Assembly (NCBI RefSeq): GCF_000010065.1
Contig: NC_006576.1
Span: 1,770,001-1,802,000 of the forward strand
Origin: Synechococcus elongatus PCC 6301
GTDB taxonomy: Bacteria; Cyanobacteriota; Cyanobacteriia; Synechococcales; Synechococcaceae
Direction: 5' to 3'
Length of the DNA stretch: 32,000 nt
Below the pieces are notes generated by a model, which was not told where the DNA came from, searched no databases, and saw only the letters and a program-made list of their open reading frames with translations. Made by a program: the position numbers and the translations under genes. Below, one piece after another: positions 26,487-32,000 of this stretch (its first letter is position 1; every line of letters begins with the position of its first letter).

Positions 26487-27419
26487 ATGTCTGCTGCGGC
26501 CCCACCCTCAAGAGCCTCTTTGTTCAAGCCCAACCGTGAGCGCAACCGGCGCAACGAGTTGATCGTCAAGGCAATCTTTGGCATTTTCGCCTTTGTCTCA
26601 GTCTTGACGACATTGGGCATCGTTTTCACGCTGATCTTTGAAACCTACGAGTTTTTCAAAGAAATTCCGCTAATTCGTTTTCTGACAGAAACCCGCTGGA
26701 CGCCTCTTTTCCCAAGCGCTCAGTTTGGAATTGTAGTGCTCCTATCAGGAACCTTCTCGACTACTCTGATTGCTCTGCTGGTGGCAGTCCCCTTGGGGCT
26801 GCTGAGCGCTATCTGCCTAAGTGAGTACGCCACACCTCGGGCACGAAACCTGCTCAAGCCAGCCTTAGAAGTGATTGCTGGTGTCCCTAGCGTTGTCTTT
26901 GGCTACTTTGCTCTTCTCTTTGTGACGCCCTTGCTGCAATCCTTTATTCCTGGGTTGCAGGGGTTTAATACCCTCTCCGCTGGGATGGTTTTGGGGATTG
27001 CAATCACCCCGCTGGTCGCTTCACTCAGCGAGGACGCCATTTTTGCAGTGCCTAGCAGCATGCGCGAAGGGGCCTATGCCTTGGGTGCAACAAAGCGCGA
27101 AACCATTGTCTCCGTCGTTCTACCTGCTGCTTTGTCGGGAATTGTCGCCTCGATTGTCTTGGCGATCTCGCGCGCTGTCGGTGAGACGATGATTGTGGCG
27201 ATCGCGGCGGGCTTAACCCCAAATCTAACCCTCAACCCCCTAGAACCGGCCCAGACCATGACCTCCTTTATTGTGCAGGTCAGTTTGGGAGACACCCCAA
27301 CAGGTTCACTGGCCTACAAAACCATTTTTGCCGTGGGGATGACCCTGTTCTTGCTGACGCTCGTGCTCAACATCTTTAGCTACTGGTTCGTGCGTCGCTT
27401 CCAGGAGAAATACGAATAA
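26487..27419 (+). CDS. pstC: Phosphate ABC transporter permease PstC
   Basis: Polytopic permease with an EAA-like loop (MREGAYALGATKRETI). Its position and 310-aa size are typical. Confidence 0.95.
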   Translation: MSAAAPPSRASLFKPNRERNRRNELIVKAIFGIFAFVSVLTTLGIVFTLIFETYEFFKEIPLIRFLTETRWTPLFPSAQFGIVVLLSGTFSTTLIALLVAVPLGLLSAICLSEYATPRARNLLKPALEVIAGVPSVVFGYFALLFVTPLLQSFIPGLQGFNTLSAGMVLGIAITPLVASLSEDAIFAVPSSMREGAYALGATKRETIVSVVLPAALSGIVASIVLAISRAVGETMIVAIAAGLTPNLTLNPLEPAQTMTSFIVQVSLGDTPTGSLAYKTIFAVGMTLFLLTLVLNIFSYWFVRRFQEKYE

Positions 27420-28330
27420 TGGCTGCCACAGTTCCCAACCAACCCGCAGCAGCGCCGGCTCGTCCCTTTCGGCCTCGCCTCGCCCATCGTTATCGTCTCG
27501 ACGCAGTGATGATGACGGCTGCTTGGACGGGTGTTGCGATCGCGCTGCTCGTCTTGCTGGCGTTGATCAGCGATGTCTTCCGCAGCGGCATTCCCTACCT
27601 CAATTGGGATTTCTTGACCAGCTTCCCCTCGCGTCGCCCCAGTAGTGCTGGGATTCTTTCCGCTTGGGTCGGAACCGTCTACTCGATCTTTTTGGTTGGC
27701 TTGATTGGTTTCCCCTTGGGTGTGGGTGCAGGGATTTACCTCGAGGAGTTTGCGCCAGACAACTGGTTTACCCGTCTGGTAGAAATCAACGTCAACAATT
27801 TGGCTGGCGTTCCTGCCATCATCTACGGTCTGCTGGGTCTAGAGCTGTTTGTGCGGATTGCCTCGCCGGTTACAGGCGGTCGCAGCTTGCTATCGGGTTC
27901 TTTGACGCTGGCGCTGCTGATCCTTCCGATTGTGATCGTTTCGACTCGGGAGTCACTGCGGGCTGTTCCTGACAGTACCCGTCAGGCAGGCTTTGCCCTT
28001 GGTGCTACCCGTTGGCAAGTCGTTCGTACGATCATCGTCCCAGAAGCGGCTTCGGGGATCTTGACCGGTACGATTCTGGGCATTTCCCGTGCGATCGGTG
28101 AAGCAGCTCCCCTGATTACGATTGGGGCGTTGACCTTCATTTCCTTCCTGCCCGACAACCTCCAAAGTCCCTTTACCGTCCTGCCAATTCAAATCTTTAA
28201 CTGGGTCTCTCGTCCCCAGGCTGAGTTCCAGAATTTGGCGGCGGCCGCGATCATCGTGTTGCTAGCGATTTTGCTAACCATGAACTCGATCGCGATCGTG
28301 ATTCGCAACAAGTTGCAAGTCAAACGCTAA
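27419..28330 (+). CDS. pstA: Phosphate ABC transporter permease PstA
   Basis: TAATG stop/start overlap with pstC at 27417-27421. EAA loop is TRQAGFALGATRWQVV. Confidence 0.95.
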   Translation: MAATVPNQPAAAPARPFRPRLAHRYRLDAVMMTAAWTGVAIALLVLLALISDVFRSGIPYLNWDFLTSFPSRRPSSAGILSAWVGTVYSIFLVGLIGFPLGVGAGIYLEEFAPDNWFTRLVEINVNNLAGVPAIIYGLLGLELFVRIASPVTGGRSLLSGSLTLALLILPIVIVSTRESLRAVPDSTRQAGFALGATRWQVVRTIIVPEAASGILTGTILGISRAIGEAAPLITIGALTFISFLPDNLQSPFTVLPIQIFNWVSRPQAEFQNLAAAAIIVLLAILLTMNSIAIVIRNKLQVKR

Positions 28331-28377
28331 AGCTGTCTGTTCCACTGCCCCTAATTCTGTTGAATTCTTGCTGACTT

Positions 28378-29172
28378 ATGAGCCCCACTGCTGGTGAGAA
28401 CATTCTGCTAAAGGCCGAAGCCCTCTCGGTTTATTACGGCAATTCGCTTGCGGTCAAAGACGTCTACTTGGAAGTTCTCAAGAACAAGATCGTTGCCTTT
28501 ATCGGTCCATCGGGTTGCGGCAAGAGCACTATCCTTCGCTGCTTTAACCGGATGAACGACCTGATCAATGGCTGCCGTGTTCAGGGCCGAATCACCTTCC
28601 ACGATCAGGAAATCAACGACGGTCGTGTCGATGCTGTGGAACTGCGCAGCCGCATCGGCATGGTGTTCCAGAAACCCAACCCCTTCCCCAAGAGCATCTA
28701 CGAAAACATCGCTTATGGTGCCCGGATTAACGGCTACCAAGGCGATATGGATGAGCTGGTCGAAAAGTCGCTGCGTCAAGCGGCACTCTGGGATGAGGTC
28801 AAGGATAAGCTGAAAGATAGTGGTCTTGCCCTCTCGGGTGGTCAGCAGCAGCGGCTTTGCATTGCTCGTACCGTTGCTGTGCAGCCTGAGGTGATCTTGA
28901 TGGATGAGCCTTGCTCGGCACTCGACCCCATCTCGACCTTGGCGATCGAGGAGTTGATGCAGACTCTGAAAGAGCAGTACACGATCATCATCGTGACTCA
29001 CAACATGCAGCAGGCTTCTCGAACTTCGGACTACACCGCATTCTTCAATGCGCGGGCAACCGAAGGCGGCGGCAAGATGGGCTACCTGGTGGAATTCGAC
29101 ACCACCGAGAAAATCTTTGATAGCCCAGACCAAGAAGCGACGGCCGACTACGTCAGTGGCCGTTTCGGCTAA
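28378..29172 (+). CDS. pstB: Phosphate ABC transporter ATP-binding protein PstB
   Basis: Walker [10 protein letters not shown], signature LSGGQQQR, Walker B ILMDEP, H-loop VTHNM, and the PstB-typical C-terminus DYVSGRFG. Confidence 0.97.
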   Translation: MSPTAGENILLKAEALSVYYGNSLAVKDVYLEVLKNKIVAFIGPSGCGKSTILRCFNRMNDLINGCRVQGRITFHDQEINDGRVDAVELRSRIGMVFQKPNPFPKSIYENIAYGARINGYQGDMDELVEKSLRQAALWDEVKDKLKDSGLALSGGQQQRLCIARTVAVQPEVILMDEPCSALDPISTLAIEELMQTLKEQYTIIIVTHNMQQASRTSDYTAFFNARATEGGGKMGYLVEFDTTEKIFDSPDQEATADYVSGRFG

Positions 29173-29198
29173 ACCCCTGAAGCCATCACCCTTTCTGT

Positions 29199-29231
29199 AA
29201 CCCGAGGCCAGTCCCAAGCGTCTCGGGTTTT
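29199..29231 (+). terminator. Rho-independent terminator after pstB
   Basis: AACCCGAG ... CTCGGGTT is an 8-bp stem, followed by TTGCTTTG. Confidence 0.65.
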
Positions 29232-29333
29232 GCTTTGCTGAGCTTGCATTTGGACTATCTGCGATCGCAATCAGTTGCCGTCTGCCGCTGCAGAGTGTCA
29301 GGATCGAAGACAGAAAAGACAAGGAAACACATA

Positions 29334-31484
29334 ATGCCACAACTCAGCAAGTCGTTGTCCTTTGATGGACGCGATATTCGGCTGGAGCTGGGCCTGTTCG
29401 CCCCACAGGCTGGAGGTTCCGTTCTGATTAGCTCAGGGGACACCGCCGTTTTGGTGGCTGCGACCCGTTCGACGGCACGGGAAGGGATTGATTTTCTGCC
29501 GTTGACTGTCGATTACGAAGAGCGGATGTATGCAGCCGGTCGCATTCCGGGCGGCTTTCTCCGCCGTGAAGGGCGTCCTCCTGAACGCGCAACCCTGACT
29601 AGCCGCTTGATCGATCGCCCGCTGCGTCCGCTGTTCCCCAGTTGGCTGCGGGATGATCTGCAGGTCGTGGCAACCACACTCTCGATGGACGAGACAGTTC
29701 CCCCCGACGTTCTGGCGGCGACTGGCGCTTCGATCGCTACCTTAGTTGCCAAAATTCCCTTCTACGGGCCAATGGCAGCGGTACGAGTAGGCTTAGTTGG
29801 CGATGATTTCATCATCAACCCCACCTACCGCGAGATTGAAAAAGGCGACCTTGACCTCGTAGTGGCTGGTACCCCCGCTGGGGTGATCATGGTCGAGGCT
29901 GGAGCTAACCAGCTGCCAGAAGCCGACGTGATCGAAGCGATCGACTTTGGCTATGAAGCCGTTCAAGAGTTGATTAAGGCTCAGCAGAGTCTGCTGGCGG
30001 AGTTGGGCATCGAGCAGATCCTGCCGGAAGCACCCAACGCCGACAATACCCTCGAGAACTTCGTCCGCGATCGCGCCAGTAGCGGTGTTCAGCAAGTGCT
30101 GCAGCACTTTAGCTTCACCAAGTCGGAGCGCGATGCAGCCTTAGATGAGGTTAAAGCCAGCGTCGTTGAAGCGATCGCTGCTCTGCCAGAAGAGGATCCG
30201 GTTCGTAGCGTCACTGCCGCAGAACCCAAAGCGCTGGGCAACACCTTCAAAGCCCTGACCAAAACCTTGATGCGTCAGCAAATCCTGCGCGATGGTGTTC
30301 GGGTCGATGGTCGGAAACTCGATCAGGTGCGGCCGATCTCCAGTCAGGTTGGCTTGCTGCCGCCGCGAGTCCATGGTTCTGGCCTGTTTCAGCGGGGTCT
30401 GACGCAGGTGCTGTCGATCGCGACTCTCGGCACGCCTGGGGATGCGCAAGAACTGGATGATCTGCATCCCGACACCCAGAAGCGCTACCTGCATCACTAC
30501 AACATGCCCCCCTATTCCGTTGGCGAAACGCGGCCGATGCGATCGCCCGGTCGGCGGGAAATTGGCCATGGCGCTTTGGCAGAGCGCGCGTTGCTTCCCG
30601 TGTTGCCGTCCAAGGAAGAATTCCCCTACGTGATTCGGGTGGTTTCCGAGGTGCTGTCCTCCAACGGCTCCACCTCGATGGGCTCCGTCTGCGGCTCGAC
30701 GCTGGCGCTGATGGATGCTGGCGTCCCCATCAAAAAGCCGGTCAGCGGCGCAGCCATGGGGCTGATCCGCGAAGGCGATGAGTACCGTGTCCTGACCGAC
30801 ATCCAAGGGATTGAAGACTTCTTGGGTGACATGGACTTTAAGGTAGCGGGCACCGATCAGGGCATTACGGCTCTGCAGATGGATATGAAAATCCATGGTC
30901 TGCCCTTAGAGATCATTGCGGATGCCATCAACCAGGCGAAGCCGGCGCGTTTGCACATCCTCAACAAGATGCTGGAAGCGATCGCCACGCCTCGGGCTGA
31001 CCTTTCGACCTATGCGCCCCGCCTGTTCCGGATTCAAATCAATCCTGAGCAAATTGGCTTGGTCATTGGTCCTGGTGGCAAAACAATCCGCTCTATCACT
31101 GAGCAAACTGGTGCCAAGATCGACATCGAAGATACGGGAGCCGTGACCATCTCGGCAGTCGATGCTGATTCGGCGCTGCGAGCGAAGTCGATCATCGAAG
31201 GCATGACCCGCACAATCACTGCCGGCGATGTCTACATCGGCAAAGTGACCCGCATCATCCCGATTGGAGCCTTTGTGGAGTTCCTGCCGGGCAAAGAAGG
31301 CATGATTCACATCTCGCAAATTGCCGATTATCGGGTGGCTCGTGTTGAAGATGAGCTGACGGTGGGCGATGAGGTCGTGGTCAAAGTCCGCGAGATTGAC
31401 CAAAAGGGTCGGGTTAACCTCACCCGTAAAGGGATTGATCCGGAGGAAGTCTCAGCAGCACGGGCGGCTGTCGAAGCGTCTTAG
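29334..31484 (+). CDS. pnp: Polyribonucleotide nucleotidyltransferase (PNPase)
   Basis: ATG at 29334 with AAGGA 9 nt upstream. The ORF-track start at 29235 adds an implausible leader. Two RNase PH domains are present ([45 protein letters not shown]), then a KH domain (GPGGKTIR) and an S1 domain ([18 protein letters not shown]). Confidence 0.97.
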   Translation: MPQLSKSLSFDGRDIRLELGLFAPQAGGSVLISSGDTAVLVAATRSTAREGIDFLPLTVDYEERMYAAGRIPGGFLRREGRPPERATLTSRLIDRPLRPLFPSWLRDDLQVVATTLSMDETVPPDVLAATGASIATLVAKIPFYGPMAAVRVGLVGDDFIINPTYREIEKGDLDLVVAGTPAGVIMVEAGANQLPEADVIEAIDFGYEAVQELIKAQQSLLAELGIEQILPEAPNADNTLENFVRDRASSGVQQVLQHFSFTKSERDAALDEVKASVVEAIAALPEEDPVRSVTAAEPKALGNTFKALTKTLMRQQILRDGVRVDGRKLDQVRPISSQVGLLPPRVHGSGLFQRGLTQVLSIATLGTPGDAQELDDLHPDTQKRYLHHYNMPPYSVGETRPMRSPGRREIGHGALAERALLPVLPSKEEFPYVIRVVSEVLSSNGSTSMGSVCGSTLALMDAGVPIKKPVSGAAMGLIREGDEYRVLTDIQGIEDFLGDMDFKVAGTDQGITALQMDMKIHGLPLEIIADAINQAKPARLHILNKMLEAIATPRADLSTYAPRLFRIQINPEQIGLVIGPGGKTIRSITEQTGAKIDIEDTGAVTISAVDADSALRAKSIIEGMTRTITAGDVYIGKVTRIIPIGAFVEFLPGKEGMIHISQIADYRVARVEDELTVGDEVVVKVREIDQKGRVNLTRKGIDPEEVSAARAAVEAS

Positions 31485-31538
31485 GTCCCTGAGGGCCACT
31501 CAGACTCCTTGAGCTGAGGCTCTTTCAAGCTTTCAGAT

Positions 31539-31574
31539 AACAAGCGGTAGGGGATTCGTCTCGTACCGCTTGTT
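31539..31574 (+). terminator. Terminator after pnp
   Basis: AACAAGCGGTA-14 nt-TACCGCTTGTT is a perfect 11-bp stem. The downstream sequence is only moderately T-rich. Confidence 0.6.
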
Positions 31575-31698
31575 AGTTCGAATTTTCGTGAGCTTTGGCT
31601 GAATCTAAGTCACTCAACCTCTGTCGGCAAAGACAGTGAGACCTGCAAGTTGCCGCGATCGCCCGTGCTGGATTGACCTCAATTACTCAGACCTATAA

Positions 31699-31728
31699 GA
31701 AAAAACCCAGCCCTACCAGGACCGGGTT
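31699..31728 (-). terminator. Terminator of the minus-strand gene at the window's right edge
   Basis: Read on the minus strand, AACCCGGTCCTGGTAGGGCTGGGTT forms a hairpin (AACCC/GGGTT plus inner CCT/AGG) followed by TTTTTT. It lies about 29 nt after the stop at 31757. Confidence 0.55.
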
Positions 31729-31756
31729 GAACGAGTCATCAATTCGGAGCGGTCAG

Positions 31757-32000
31757 CTACTTCGTCAAGGCTGGCTCACGAGAGTCTTCTGTGGCAGACA
31801 TCGGAGCTTTTGCGAGAACGGCTGATTCACTCGACTTCGTTTCAGGAACGACGGAGCTCTGCGGCTCAGCCTCGTGCGATTGGTGAATGCGGATGCCGAT
31901 GAAAACGTCGTAGATAAAGTTCCAGAAATCTTTTTTGCTGGAGAGAATCCCGAGCGTTTGCGGCGACTGGCGTAGGTCCAACAACGGCTTGGTAGCGTGG
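31757..32000 (-). CDS. 3' part of an unidentified protein-coding gene (open to the window edge)
   Basis: The frame stays open from 31757 to position 31999 with no stop. A terminator lies downstream. I recognise no family from the C-terminal ~80 aa. Confidence 0.4.
   Translation of the reverse strand, partial: HATKPLLDLRQSPQTLGILSSKKDFWNFIYDVFIGIRIHQSHEAEPQSSVVPETKSSESAVLAKAPMSATEDSREPALTK

Noticed and set aside
28408-29340. 310-aa minus-strand ORF
   Set aside because: It is antisense to pstB, which has Walker A/B and signature motifs on the plus strand, and it reads through the pstB terminator. It is a shadow ORF.
30141-30896. 251-aa minus-strand ORF (and 30906-31403, 165 aa)
   Set aside because: Both are antisense within pnp, have His/Arg/Gly-rich low-complexity products, and have no motifs.

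Overview
This is a cyanobacterial chromosomal segment. The GC content is about 55-60% and the HIP1 octamer GCGATCGC is extremely dense: I counted roughly 60 copies by eye. From memory, the gene order matches the Synechococcus elongatus PCC 7942 / PCC 6301 / UTEX 2973 lineage, but I cannot verify that here. Most of the window is core genome. Plus strand, left part: a small conserved protein, nanE-like epimerase, metK, and an FGGY sugar kinase. Minus-strand block: DUF3038-like, DUF4335-like, glyQ, comEC and tRNA-Ser(CGA). Plus strand, middle: apt, an orphan ABC permease, and the type IV pilus/competence operon pilM-pilN-pilO-pilQ. Minus strand: a 1-Cys peroxiredoxin, hflX and a small acidic protein. 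Plus strand, right part: map, the Pho-regulon cluster sphX-pstS-pstC-pstA-pstB, and pnp. Three things stand out. (1) A stretch of about 4.1 kb (4359-8454) contains no HIP1 at all, and GC falls to about 38-44% within it. Its core (5482-8302) abuts the 3' end of tRNA-Ser. It carries a convergent pair: a Dcm/EcoRII-SsoII-family m5C methyltransferase with an N-terminal HTH extension, and a 362-aa protein with two duplicated HTH-like modules fused to a PD-(D/E)xK nuclease core. This looks like a horizontally acquired restriction-modification or defence module with an unusual nuclease architecture. (2) pilN is interrupted by an in-frame TAG at 16488-16490, most simply a TGG-to-TAG change. This splits it into two ORFs inside an otherwise intact competence pilus operon. 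(3) The Pho-regulon cluster has a well-defined regulatory layout: five Pho-box-like 8-mers at exact 11-bp phasing upstream of sphX, and a perfect 13-bp hairpin between pstS and pstC. No CRISPR array, rRNA, transposase or integrase was seen.
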